DNA of 64,000 nucleotides. It comes from Haplodiscus bocki (Eukaryota). Positions 1-13,672 of the stretch are shown here, one piece after another. The translations under genes were made by a program, and so were the position numbers. Location: the NCBI GenBank assembly GCA_965655095.1, contig OZ296648.1, forward strand, positions 95,852,001-95,916,000, written 5' to 3'. Below the pieces are notes generated by a model. It did no database searches, was not told where the DNA came from, and saw only the letters and a list, made by a program, of their open reading frames with translations. Every line of letters starts with the position of its first letter. Position 1 is the stretch's first letter.

Positions 1-149
1 CCTTAGGTTACCCAAAAACACCCAAGAGCTCTCGGCTAGGCCTGGAGACCCTTCTGGGCTCTCAGCTCGAGTCGGCTCTCTAGGGCCTATCTTAATACAT
101 AGGGTCTTCAGCCCCCCCCCACCTCATGGACTCACTACTCTACTACTAG

Positions 150-1100
150 TCATTATCTAAGTTCGGAAACCCAGACTTTGAGTTCTGCTGTTTTTGTAAC
201 TGTTAAAAGGAAAGTTGGTACTTCATCGAAATCGTCTGCCAATGTGTATGGATGTGGGTCCAATTTTTCTGTTACTCCGACCGTTCAGATTTCCTGTCCA
301 TTAAGTACCACTATATTGATCTGTTTCTGCGACATGCTTCCGCCAATCGTAGATTGTTGTCACAGAACCTCCAGCACACTCAACGAAAGGTCCTTTCAGG
401 TTTACCGGTTGTTGGTGTGTGGAGCATATCAGGAGAAAATAGTCCTGCGTTCTGCACAAATAACAATTTCAGAAAGATTCCGTCTACAAATTTTCTTTTT
501 GTGAACACCATGCTTATGTGTTCAGCTCCATGCAGTCCATGAACAGCAACACCCGCACTTTTTTGGCTATTCTCAATAGTTTTCGTTCTCAGCCCCAACT
601 CTTCTTCTCCAGTGGATATAGATTCAATTGTCGTTCTAGTTTTTGACTCGTGAGGCTGAACTGTCTTTCATAGATTAGATACACGTCCACGGAGATGATA
701 ATTTTTTGGTCTTCCTGCTGTAACTTTTCTAAAATATGTTTGTCACTGCACACTGGCAAGTTGTGGTCAATCACTAAAATCCTTTTAGGAGGTTGCTGGA
801 AATCTTTTCAAGCTGTTAGGTTATCCTGATCCTGATGGAACTCGTACCAATATCTTTGAACTCGGCATGATCTCTAGGATACCCAAAGCAGTTGGAGTCC
901 ATTTGTCTCACAGTTTGACATCGAGTTCAAAGGTATACGCCATCCAAAGTTGTTTCAAACTTCAGTGCAAAATTTTTTTCTGCTTTCGGACACAGTTTTC
1001 ACAAGTTGCTTTTAAGTACTATAATTGAGAAGTTCTTTACAACCTCTGGAAATATGTCCTGGTTAGAAATGCTAATCATAAGGAACGGATTCATCCCTGG
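150..1100 (-). mobile_element. Decayed coding remnant, possibly non-LTR retrotransposon ORF1 (gag-like)
   Basis: Overlapping broken minus-strand frames (IDHNLPVCSDKHILEKLQQED..., then Cys-containing KKICRR...VICAE) with stops and frameshifts; family assignment is by general resemblance only. Confidence 0.25.
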
Positions 1101-4100
1101 AGCTGCCGTTTTCCCTTCCTGTTGTGGCGTCTTGGGTGGCTTCGTGGTCAGCTAGTGGCGTGGGGGATCCGCGTTAAAAGCTGGGAGAAGGGAACAATTT
1201 TAGGCAACATTTCATCTTGATAATTTGTTCTAGTCCTGCAAACACTTTCGCAGTCAATCTTAAATCTTCTACGGTGTGGAGCTTCCAGGATCTATTTTTG
1301 CGTACTCAGTGGTCAGGGTACTATGAAGTTCTGGTTCTCGACTCCATTTACGACTCTTTGCACATTTTCAAAGCACAGGTAACTCCTCAGTATAACTGTT
1401 GCGACTAGCGACTAGGAGCTAACAGGTTGTTTCGTTAAAGCAAAAATAGATGTCGCTGTTCCCAAATTAAATCCTTCTTTTTGCTCGGCTAGCACGAACA
1501 CCAAGTCATCTTGACAAGCAATGAAATGTTTGCTCCGCATTTCTTTTTCGATTGTTCTTGATTGAAGATATTGTCTGATATTTCAGGTTCCCATAAATTT
1601 TTCATGAACTAAACTGTCTGAGTATCGTCTGGCAATGGTTGTGAAGTTCACTAATAATGCTTCATGAAAGTGATCAGTCCTTCGACGTTTCCGACTTGTG
1701 TACTATCGGAAGTTGTTGGCCCAACTTTCAAACCTTTCACCTGCCCATCTGGATGTAAAGTTCTGGCGACTGTTTCAACTAGCGTCTCTATCAACTATTG
1801 ATTGGCATTGGTTCCAGGTGCTTAGACAGCCGATTGAGACAGCTGCGGCTCTTAGTGACTTCAGCTTTTGCTAAGTTGGGTTGATTCTTCTCGTTCACTT
1901 TTTTGAATAGTAGATGAACTTAATGTTTGTTGTGATCAATAACAACGGCAAATTAACGCTAACATAAACTACAAGCTTTGCGTTCCTTGCGCCATGAGGT
2001 ACGCGTTAGTTCGTGCTCCAACTTCAGCGGCTGAGACATAAGTTTGCACCCTGGTTGAGTTTCCGAAAATTTTGGTGAAAGACTACAATGAACAAAAGTA
2101 ATCGAATAAACAATTTGGTCCTTCAACCTTAATTCTGTGCCACAAAAACTCAGGTATCTACTTTTTTTGATTAGCTTTCTCTGACTGCGGTTGCTCTGAA
2201 GTGATTTGATTCACTCCACGAATTGATTCAGTTCATATATGAGTTGAGTGACAAATGTTTCTAGGTTGGCTATAAAAAAACTAAGGTGTTCAGAAGGTCA
2301 TGACTGTGGTCCAATCCTCACCGGTTGAGCAGCACGTTGTTGTAAAACTGTGATAATTTCAGTCATCCTTCATGGGCTTTTTTGGGGAACTTTTCTCCAG
2401 ATGAACTTTGCTGCTCGGAGTTTCCTCTCGACGTGTCACGTCAGACTGAGATATAAGGCAAGTAATACATCAAACATTCTTCACCGTGGTCACTTCTCAA
2501 CATCATGATCCCTCGGATATTTCTGATTTTTCCAGCGGTGAAATTTTGTGAACATTCACTCGGTTTTCTTGCGCAGCGTTTTCTAACTGTCGTCCCCGCA
2601 GATTTAATAGCGTGAGGGGCGCAAACAGAGTACGGTGCCAACGCACTTTGGAGAAGTTCCGTGGGTCAAAAACTTAAGAAGGTACTCCATTTTGAGTTTT
2701 TCTGTTAAAACGCGTCATTGTCCGGTGCCGCATTCCATGTGGTAGGGAGAGGTTGTTATTATTCAGATCATCCTCAGATGTGCTCAGCGTGCATTCCTGA
2801 CTGTCAGAGACTCAGAAATCAAAACATGAGGTTGTTACATCAACAAAAATCAATTTTGGTATTCTGAAATCTGTTCCGAGATCATTGACTTTGATCTTTT
2901 CTCAGCTCAAAAAACCAGCTGCTGGAAAATTATTCCACTGGAAGTGACGCCGCAAAAATTTTTCTAAGTGTTGCTATAGATGAATTCAACTCGACACCAA
3001 TTTGAATGGGTTGAATCAAATGCCTTTTTTTCCGAGATTCTGAGAATTAGACTGAAGCTTGAATAAGGTTTTCAGAACTATTGACTTTGTAGAGTCAATT
3101 GCAATGGTTGAAATTTATCCAAAAGCTACCAACTTTTTGTTGCGAGGGCGTTTAGCAGTTTCTGAGGCCACCGAGGTTGAGGCTTCAAACGGGATAAAAT
3201 AGTTTTTCCCACTTTAGTTCTGCAGAATCAGAGCTGCCAGGTTTGGTTCCAGAAAGAAAACCGGGTGTGAAAAAAAACTAATTGGAATTGCCTCAACTTC
3301 GGTCAGTTCCCCGCGTTTCCGGCCATAATTGCTCAAGGAAAGGGCTGAAAGAGTTCGGATTTTCAGAGACGCTGTAATTTGGTCTTCTGAAAAGGTTGTA
3401 GCTCTCCAGTGGACCCATCTTCTCTTTTAGAATGTTTGCTTTCAAAAACTGTTGAGTGCGGAAAGTCTTCTGTAATTAGCGTTTTGACTTTATTTTGTCT
3501 TAGTAAGTGAGAGAACATTTTTTTTGAGCTCAGGCTAATAAACAGTCCCATGTTCAGGATGACTTAGTTAATGGCGGAAACAAACGGTCCAAAGTGACCT
3601 GCAGGATCTCAAACGCGATACCTGTAGTGAAAAAACAAAAAAAAAGGAAATTCAACCTTTAAAAGCAAAAAATACTTTAAAAGTGAGCTTTCTGGAAATA
3701 CTTTTAGCGTACTTTGTTTGATTCTACCATAAAATTTACCCATAGAGGCCTAGCGTGGTAACTGAAGGCGTTACAATGATTCCTCATGAACCTTTTTTCA
3801 ATCTACATTTCCATTCTCTTGACTCTTCTTCATTTCGATTTTCTCAATTGCTGCCTTTTCAATCTGGTTTCGTTATGATGTTATTCTGAAGCTGAAGTTA
3901 ATTTGTAAGGACGCGTTTTGAAAGATAGGCACGAAGCCAAAAATCTAAGAGCTGCTTCTTTGTTTGTTGATGGAAGAAAAAGCTTTGGTCTAATTCAGGG
4001 TGCCAGTCGAAGCACTTGCAAAGGTTTCAAACTCAGTGGTTATGTATTGACTATGCTAGCACGAGAGTATTGAGGTGTTGAAACAAATTCCCATGAGAAA

Positions 4101-4145
4101 AAGTGAGTCACTCACGACCGCCGAAGTGAGTCACTCACGACCGCC
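4101..4145. repeat. 23-bp tandem duplication containing palindrome GTGAGTCACTCAC (AP-1 core TGAGTCA)
   Basis: aagtgagtcactcacgaccgccg at 4101-4123 repeated at 4124-4145. Confidence 0.9.
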
Positions 4146-7100
4146 CAAATAATGTTCAAAATCAAAAGAACTACTTGTCCTCAACTCCACGTGATTGGTG
4201 ATGTAGCAGGAGGCAGAAAGACAGATGCTGAAGAGGTATCATTTACAGGGTTATCGACAATCTCTGGGGTAAAAGATGCTGCAAGAGGAATCATAACAAG
4301 GGGCGCAGTTGGTGTGCGTTACTTTTGGGTCAAAGGGAACAAAAATGGAAGAGTGATTGATTGGACAAGCAACAAGTGAGAATCAGAAAGAAACACAATT
4401 TTGACAGGGAAATGATATCGATGGAGAACTTAACGGTAGACTTCAAGCCAATAGCTTCATAAAACTATGAGTTTCAAAAAGGACAGATTGACAAGAATAA
4501 CCAGATTGTTTTGCTTTTTCAGCCAAAACTCTAATTTAACGAACTGAATGAAAGTATGTTTACTCGTGAAGCCAGCTATTAGTAAAACAGAGTCAATTCA
4601 GATCTGGATAGAAAAATTCTAAGCTTAAATTTCTGAGAAGGAATGGTTGGAATATCGAGATTTGTCTACACTTGTTGCCTCATTTCGTCGTATCAGAATT
4701 CCCATTCGAATGTAAAACTTGGATTAAAATGTTGTTACAAACAAGTAGTCCTACTCAAATTTAAGCCTTTCACGTGACAAAAGCTTCTCAATTGACACTT
4801 TGGCGGAAAAATGAAGCAAGTAGAGGTGACGAAGCATGAGTTTGATTAACGAAGTTTTCAAAAACCAGGGCAATTTCTGGCTTTTTTCGTCTATCAGGAT
4901 TCCACTGCATGGAGTAAAATAAAAAATTTTACCACCAAAAAGTCCACTACTATTAGAAAGCGGCAAATTGAGACTTCCAAGAAGGAAATCAAATCGGAAA
5001 TTTACGAGATTGAGAATCAAAATGGTTCCATATAAGAAACAATTGGACTTTTGGGACTATCAGGGTTCTATCGGAATGAAGAGATCGGCAAGTTTTGAAA
5101 CTTCAAACACCTCAAAAAGTAAATTTTTTTCGATTGCCAATTTCATGGGTGAAATAAGGTCTGTGATTAGGAAGGAAAAACAGTTTGAAAATGAGACTTG
5201 TCAGAATGAAAGTGGAAACATCGCCTTTCCGTTTATTCAGGATTCCACTTCAATTTAACGCAGTCGAAAAATATTCAAACGAAAGTTCAAAAAATAGGAA
5301 GTTTTCAATTGACAACTATGAACAAAAGATCATTTCAGTTTTTGTGGGGAAATTTCGGTTTGAACATCGAAAAAATGTCGGAACTGAAATTAAATTATTG
5401 TCGTTCCCAAGTTTCTGGAAATCGAACGACAGGAAGAAAATCAACGACTTTCTAATCCAAGATTTCTCTTCGAGTGGAAACCTGTCCAAAAAGACGTTGG
5501 CCGAAGATTTGTAGCCTGTAGTTTTGGTGAAATACGAGTTTGAAAAAAGTTTTAAAAACAACAATCCGCTTTTTCAGATTAGTCGGATTCCCTGGCAAGA
5601 ACGGATTCGATGGTTTTTCAATCGAACGCTCCTTTAAAGCCAGAAACTTTTCATACCGAGATGAAAAAAATTTTGCTGGAGTCTCGTAAATATTCAGCTT
5701 CAATAAGGATGGAATGTGTTTACTTTTCTACCTTTTTTGGCATCCTGGAACTATCATCAAGATTCCAATCCAGGAAACGAAAGACTTCAATTTTCAATTA
5801 ATTGTCCACCACTATTAGCAAGCCTTACGATGAGGACTTGAAGCAAGAAACCAAATTATTATATGTAGGGACTCGGGAGTCTGATTATCGCGAGTTTTCA
5901 AAAGACCAGTTTGTTCACAAACAAAAAGCTTTCGATTGAATTGAATGTGACCGAAGTGAAACATGTAGTTTCGGAGGAATTTAACTTTCAACGATCTGGA
6001 CACCTAAAAGTAAATGGGCTCTTCGGCATTTCCTCAGCGCTGAACACACTATATCTTGCAGCAGAAAATTTTTTGCAGAAAAATAGTAAACTTTGGCCCC
6101 GGGAGAACTTGGATAGCAAAAAAACGAGACCAAAAGATGAAAAAAGTTCAATTCTTAATTCAGAACTAGTTGTTTTGAAAAAAATTCAAAAATTTCTCGG
6201 CTTTAGGAGCAAATTGAGAACTTGTGATTTTCTGCAATGATATAAAGTGATTTGTTTAGCCTACTGTGGAAAGAAAATTTTTTGCGTTGAAACGATCCAA
6301 CTGATCAAAAAATCCTATCTGGTAACGAAAAAAATCAGTTTTTCGAAGTTAAAAAGTTAGGAAAGTGTATAAATTTATTGGAAAACACATCAAATTAATG
6401 ATCCACTGAAGTATTGGAGCCCGCTAATTCTGGGCAGCCTAATCGCTGTGCCATTCATTTTTATAATACACAAGCCTCCAACGATTCACTAGACCTATTC
6501 GTCATTGGCAACTTCACAAAGAAAAAAAAGCACCAGCCACTGGATTAATATTTTCATTACCGAAAATTTTCACGACTCATAATGAAAACCGTGGCAGAAT
6601 TGACAAAAGTTGACGAAGGAGGGTTGATAAAAGTTTGACACTGTTGCTGAAAAAAGAGGGTGTTATGAACAGAAGAAACGCTGTCATGTTTGTCAGAGAG
6701 AACGACCACTGGCTCACTTGCTTTCTGCTGGAGGTCATTTGAAGGACCAGAAGATTCTTCATCCAGAAACGACACACAGTTGCATATGCATCTTACCCAT
6801 AAAAAGACTAATAATCTTCTCCAGATCTGAACAGACAAATGGGTTTTAAGCAATGCACAGGAGTCAGGGACACTACCAGAGAAAGCGATCGTAATGAAAA
6901 AGCTTAGAAAAAACTGCCTCATCGACTTCAAGATTAATGTGCCAAACCACTGATATTCCCCTGCATTATTTTTTCCGATTTTCGGTCATCTTCGGGATCT
7001 TCACTGTCGTGAACGTCCCAATCAGTGAAAAATTTTACACCCTCAGTCTCCTCCCCAGCATTAAATTACACATCCGTTGAATCTCTATCCCTTTGCATAG

Positions 7101-7229
7101 ATTAAGAGCAAAGGAAAGTCCACTTTGAATTGGATTTGCCATGCTGGAGCAGCTGTGCTGATTTTGAACGATTTTTGCAATGGTTGGTGAATAAATTCGC
7201 AGCAAAAGAAATTAGTTTAATTGAATTAA

Positions 7230-8003
7230 ATAAAAATTCACCACTACGCTCGACTTCCTTCTAGTGACGTCTCAAATTATCGTTTTGAACGAAAAATTTG
7301 ATGTCAGTGTCATAGTGAAGAATGGTTCAGAGAAGTGCTCGAACCAAACCAACTAATCAAGGAAGACGTCCAATTTGGCGGTGCATTTTCAGTTGTTGAT
7401 TTTGTTCCTCGCATCCGTTACATTTGAGCCGTTCTAATCAAGGTAATAAATCAAACCTCCAATCATTTTATTGAATCAAACTCAAGTCAGTGAAGAAGAT
7501 GTAACAGACCGAAAATGCATAAGAGTTTCCATTGGAAGAGGTGAACTTTGATTCGATTCAATGAATCTATCGGACACCATTTATATGAACACGACGGGCC
7601 ATGTCATGCAGTAGGGAAAATTTTAAGGTCGAAGACTGCCCACATGATTACTCTGGCCCATATGACAACCCAGCTTCCGGAATAGACAACTTCTGAGGCA
7701 GCCCAACTGGAGGTAGATCACTTTATGCTTTATGCCCGAGAAGCCCTCGTAGTTAAATGGTTCGTGGATAAACTTGAACCAACCTTGCCATACGGCACTG
7801 ACAAAGCAAATTGGAATGCGATCACAAAAGAAGTAACTCTTCACGACCCTAGTGAAGAAAAACAATATCCTACCGAGAGGGGATTGCCACGGTACACCCC
7901 AAGTCAATGTAAACCCCGCTTTTGACAAACCGGATTGTTAAACTCTGAGTTGGTGCACCCACACATATATCAGATTAACTCTAGCGCAAAACTAACGGCG
8001 TAG
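7230..8003 (+). pseudogene. Long intronless decayed frame (TE- or virus-like, unidentified) with 5 in-frame TGA and 1 internal TAG
   Basis: Single frame from after TAA 7227 to TAG 8001; TGA at 7299, 7425, 7491, 7542, 7923 and TAG at 7683; includes listed ORF 7725-7925; composition is protein-like. Confidence 0.45.
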
Positions 8004-9101
8004 AACTGAAAAACTGAAAAACAAAAAATTAGAACTAAATTTGATTGAAAGTATTGGCGTAATTGAAAACTTTTTTTGCGTTGTTGTTTGTTCATTTATA
8101 ATCAAAACTGTTCATCTGTTTTAATGACGCAGAGGTGACTTAGTTTGTAATTTTTACTTTTTTTCGTAGTTATTTGGACGCTAGTTTTTTTGAAAAATGC
8201 GAAACTACATGTGTTTGATACCCCAGTATCTTTGGTATTCATTTTAATCTTTTATATAGTGCCAGCAGTGCGTCCACTGTTGATTTCGCCACTTGATCTA
8301 TTCAAATCAAGTTTGATCATGCGACCGTTACCTCAGCCAATTGCTTGATTTAGAATGAACCTGAAGTCGAATCATGTCTGCGTTGGAACTGATTGCTTGC
8401 CAGATTTGCGTCCACAAAAAAAGCTTGAAGAATCAAAAAATGATGTAGGATGTAGATGTACAATAAATAAATGATGCTTTTAAATACTTCCTGAATACAA
8501 ATTGTCCAGGTTAGTAGAAAATTCTAAGTTTTGCCGTTCAGTTTTTGTTGAGCTAGCCTATTGGTCGCCGTCATGAGTATTCTAGTCTCTCAGTGAAAAC
8601 TAGTTTCAGTTTTTGTCTCCTCGCAGAATCTTTTTCAACAAAATTGAGTTCTTCCTGCAATCAAAATTCAAAGAGAAAAATTCAAGAGATAGAAAATACC
8701 CAAATTGATCATCAAACACGTCAATGGCAGAGCCATCGGAGAAAAAAACCAGTGTTCTCGCTGAGGAGATTGAAACCATCAATAAAATAGAAAATATATC
8801 GAGGTAATAATTTCGTAGCAGGAAGTGGGCAATTTTAGCACAGTTTAGGATAGGAAGTACTCGGCGCGTTAAAAAACTTGAACTCGAACCTATGACAAAG
8901 TCAAAGTAGTCAAAAAGAAATCAGCAGTGACAAAAATGTCGACGCAGCTTTGACGACACACCTAACTGCTGAAATGAGATCAGTTGCGTCAACAATGTGT
9001 CAAAATTGCCAATACTACAGTTAAGCTGTAACAGAAGATTGGTTGAGAAAGAATGAGCCGGCATGTTTCAAGTTCGTGAACAATATCAAAAGTGCGATAC
9101 A

Positions 9102-11628
9102 CACTGTAAAACTGGCGCGTGCAAAATTACCTGCGAAGGCCGCAGGTAAACTGATCCGCAGGTAAAAATACCTGCGGATGCAGGCAAAAATCTCCGCAGG
9201 TAACGATTGCCTGCGGTTTCTGCGCGTAACTGGCGGAAATTTACCTGCGCCCGCAGGTAATTCACATGAAGTTTTTATTATTCGCGTCCGGGCGGATTTT
9301 TTCAAACCTCGGGACGTTTCCTTTTATCCAGTTCCAAACACCTTGACCAAAGTAACCATTTGTTTCCTTTGAAGTCAATGGTGAACTTTTCAAATTTGAT
9401 TTTGTTTCAAAAGCGTTGAAGTGTTCTTTGCTGGCTCTTAATGTTTTTGTTCTGATAGATGTTAGTGGACACAGTTTAATAACCTGTCAATGGTGGTCCT
9501 ACCTAAGAGGGAAATGTGTTTCTGACCTACAGAGACCAGAAAAAAACTTGACTTTTCGAGATGCATACAACTCTGGGACCTGGTGCTCAAAAGTTGTTAA
9601 GACATAAATGAAGGAAAATGGATATAACTTCCCTTCATTTTCGATTTGTTGGTGAAAATAGTTGCATCGTTAGTTGGAATGAGACTTTCTCATCTGTGGG
9701 TCACGTTTCAGGTTGAAGTTTTCTCGTACTGCACTCTTGCGGAAACGTTTGAAATTGGATTCCAAAAGTGATTTGACCACTAATGGATTGATTTTGGAGT
9801 TTCTCATTGGAATATTGCTTTTTTTGTTGACATCATATCTGCAAGGACTGAAAGTTGCATGATTGCTCAAGCGTGTTTTTTTTCGACGAGAACAAATCTT
9901 TTTGATGACTCGTTTGAGGGGTGTTTTGGTCTGTTCTAAAAGTGTGCCCATTCTTTTCAGCTAGAGATTTTTCTAATGTTGCTTGATGAGCTTTATCATT
10001 GCAATCCAACTTTACTTCCTATAACAGCGTGTCTTCCAGTGTGTCTTTTGTCGCCACTATCGATGAATTAACTAATAATTCGTCTGCAAACCATATAGAC
10101 AGTTTTCCTAGTTTTTGTTATGTTAATTGTCTGTTGACATTCTACTCCGTTTACTGCAATAGTTGTTCTTTAAAAAATAATAATCGAGCTTTTTACTGCA
10201 ACTGCTCGTCGGTGGCCCCACTTTTGCCGGAAATTTTTTTTGTGGTTGGCGGAAACTAGAAAGAACTTGAACATTTTGAGTTGCATTCATGTCTTGGACC
10301 TGGTACTGAAATATTGTTCAGACATTAAAGAAAGAAATTGGCTATACTACTCTCTTACTTCATTGTGTTGGTGAATAAAGTTGCATCGTTGATTCAAATA
10401 AGTCTTTTTCATCTGAGGGTCACGTTTCAAGTTAAAGTTTTCTCGTATTGCACTTTTACGGAAACGTTTGCAATTGAATTCCAAAAGTGATTTGACCACT
10501 AATGGATTGATTTTGGGGTTTTTGTTGGAAAATGGCTCCTTTCGTTGACTTCATATCTGTGTGGAGTGAAATCTGCAAGAAATGCTCAATTGTTATTCTT
10601 TTTTGACGACATCAAATTTTTTCGATGTTTAGTTGGAGGGGTATTCTGGTCTGTTCTTTAAAAATGCTTGTACTTTTGAGCCATAGGATTTTGTAATATC
10701 GATTGATAAGCTTGAGGAATGGAATGCAACTTTACTTTCTATGTTTTTGTGTCATCCAGCCTCTTCTTCTTGGAAGTAGTGGTGAAACTCTTTGATTTCT
10801 TCTGAGAACCAAATGGTCTGTTTTCCAAGTTTTGTGTTAACTGTCTTTTGATGTTCTACTTCGTATACTGTAATAATTATGCTTTGCTTCCTATGTTTGT
10901 GCGTCTTCCCTTCCAGCTTTCCCGCAAATAATGATAGTTTTTCGACAAGATCGCAGTTCGCAGGTAAAAAGGTCCCTCGCGCAGTTTACCTGCGTTACAT
11001 GCAGTTTACCTGTAAATATAGGTAAATTTACCTGCTTCGAGGCGGCAAGCACCTCACGCAGAATACACGCGATAGCAGTTAATAAAGCACGCAAGTTGCA
11101 TGTAACTTCACCTGCACGATGCAGGCTAACTTACCTGCAATTTGCAGGTGAATTTACCCGCGTTGTGATGGCAGATTGCCTGCAATTGCAGGTAATTCTG
11201 CGTGGAATTGCAGGTTTTTTTGCCTGCGATTGTGCGGGTATTGTTTCCTGCATTTGCAGTTATTTTTGCCTGCGTTTGGCGGGTATTTTTACCTGCGATT
11301 CCAGTGTTTTTGCCTGTAAGTTGCATGTATTTTTGCCTGTAGAAGCAGGCAATTTTGCATGCTAGTTGCGGGCAAATTTGCATGAGTTCCGCATGTAAAA
11401 CTACCTGTAAAATACCTGTGGTATTCAGGTAAATTTACATGCGCCCGCAGGCAATGCGCGTGTGTTCTGCGCGAGGTGCTTGCCGCCTCGAAGCAGGTAA
11501 ATTTACCTGTAATTACAGGTAAACTGCATGTAACGCAGGTAAAACGCGCGAGGGACCTTTTTACCTGCGAACTGCATGTAAAGTTACCTGCGTTTGCAGG
11601 CAATTTTGCACGCGCCAGTTTTACAGTG
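9102..11628. mobile_element. Non-autonomous CACTA-superfamily (CMC-EnSpm, CACTG type) DNA transposon, 2527 bp
   Basis: TIRs CACTGTAAAACTGGCGCGTGCAAAATT...AATTTTGCACGCGCCAGTTTTACAGTG; 2-bp TSD CA (9100-9101, 11629-11630); many GCAGGTAAA/TTTACCTGC subterminal repeats; no transposase ORF. Confidence 0.9.
10953..11575. repeat. Internal inverted repeat (~119-bp arms) in the right subterminal region of the CACTG element
   Basis: 10953-11071 is the near-perfect reverse complement of 11457-11575; ORFs on opposite strands share SSQVKRSLA.FTCVTCSLPV..GKFTCFEAASTSRR. Confidence 0.9.
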
Positions 11629-13128
11629 CACTTTCTTGTAGAAAGATGTGCTTCCTTGTCTTACCCTATGGCTTATTCGTATTTTGAAACCGGGTATATT
11701 GAGTTTCATTTCCTTCAAAAAATCGGGTCTCAATCCAGTTTACTAACGTGGCATTGAAAAAGTTGTGAAAAAAACATCAACTTAGATAGAAGAGTTTTTT
11801 TTGTAGCTCGATTTCTCAAACACTGCAGGAATTGGAGCAAATCTTCAAAAAAGAGAGAATGTTGTCCTTTTCAGAGTCTTTTGAAGACTACAATTGATTT
11901 TGTTTGACAAAAATCGGATTTGTACCTTGCGAGTTGCAGAGAAATAAAAACGAAAGTTTTAATGTGCAAACACATGTAATAACATACGTGCGTTTGTTTC
12001 AATTGAATACAGGTTTTGAAACTCTCAAATTATTGATTCAATTTTTGTGAAACAAAAATAAATGTAAATTCGAAAAAAATCAGAAACTTTTCTTGAAGAT
12101 TTGTTCAACAGTTTGAATGAAAAATTTGAGAAAAGAAGCCCCATACATACCTTATTCAACTTCCTGTGACGCCATTTCAGCAATATTCTGAAACGTACCA
12201 TATGTGGTAAAAGCCTGTCGTGAATATCAGCTCCACGAAATGAGTTTGGTTGATTTTGTTGAACATAAAATGCCGAAGAAACTTCCTGAAGTGGGCCAAA
12301 AATGAGTACGAAGCATGATCAACCGTCCTTTGAAAGTGTGTGCGCCTTAAAAAATCAAAATTGTCAGGGAAAAGTTTCATTAATTTCTGCACATATGTCA
12401 TAAACAATATTAATTATCTGATACTTTGATGTGAATTTTTTTTAATTGCTTCAAATTGCGGGCCCGGATAATGGAGCGTTATTATAATAGATTATAAATT
12501 CAAACTCAAAATCCAATATCTGTGCGAACGAAATTGATGCGATGATAAAACAATCGGAGAAAGCTTTTGGCAGAAAGCGAACGAAACCTCTACACGAACG
12601 AAATTTTTCGGAATTTTAGAGAACTTAAGATTTTCTGCCTCGAGCCTCCTGTCGCGTTATAGCTAACGCTTAAACAGATATATTTCTTAAATGCGTGCAG
12701 TAAGCTATTAAACAGGGAATGAATAATGTTTAATAAAAGAACTGCAGATGGTATTGACTAACCTGGGAGTTGCTGCGCTGGTAAGAAATGGTGTATAAAA
12801 GAAAGCTGAAAGATTGGAATTGCACAAAGGGAAGGAAAAGCAAAAATTCTAAAAGCGTGGAAATGTGGTTCAACGCTATTGGCTCAACGACTAGTCACAA
12901 AGATGCCGTCATAACTTCGTTTCATAGCCGGTACGAGAAAGCGGCTTGGCCATTTTTGACTTACTCGCTTACCGGCCGGCAGCCATATTCCTTTCCCTTA
13001 TTTCACTTCCTTTCCCTTACGCCTCGCTTTCCTTTCTTTCCTGCTTGGCTAGAATTATCCTGAATTCTCTCCTCTCTTTCCGCGGACGAAATTATTCTAA
13101 GACAATTCTAGTGACAAATTTCGCCGCT

Positions 13129-13672
13129 TACAGACCCAACCGTCCAGCTCTCCACTTCTTGCCAAATGATCTGATTGGCTCTCACTTAAACGGCGGCCAT
13201 CTGGGAAATTCAAGTATAAATAACCGGCACACAGCCATAGCATTCATTCCGCTTTCGAGCCTATTTCCACGAGGCGAAACTCTCTTTCTCTTCCCTCTCA
13301 TCATAATTTTGGAGTTAAATCTTAACTCCGAAATTATTCTAAGACAACTTCAAAACTTGTCTTAGCCAAATTTCCTTATCACCTCAACGAAATTATTCTA
13401 AGACAACTTCAAAACTTGTCTTAGCCAAATTTTCTTATCGCCTCAACGGAATTATTCTAAGACAATTTCAAAACTTGTCTTAGCCAAATATTCTGCTCTA
13501 CAGAGCCAACCGTCCCGCTCTCCACTTCTCACCAAATGATCCTATTGGCTGTCGCTCAACCGGCGGCCATCTTGAATTATCGAGTATAAATAACCAGCAC
13601 ACAGCCAGAGTATTCATTCGCTTTCTAGCCTACTTCCCCGAGGCGAACCTCTCTTCCACTTCTCTCCCATCA
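13129..13672 (+). promoter_or_regulatory. Duplicated LTR promoter block (ATTGG/CCAAT - GGCGGCCAT YY1-like - TATAAATA - CATTC Inr-like)
   Basis: Two ~170-bp copies 370 bp apart; ATTGG at 13174 and 13544, TATAAATA at 13215 and 13585. Confidence 0.6.

Noticed and set aside
10891-11757. Several Cys-rich ORFs on both strands
   Set aside because: Translations of the palindromic subterminal repeats of the CACTG element.
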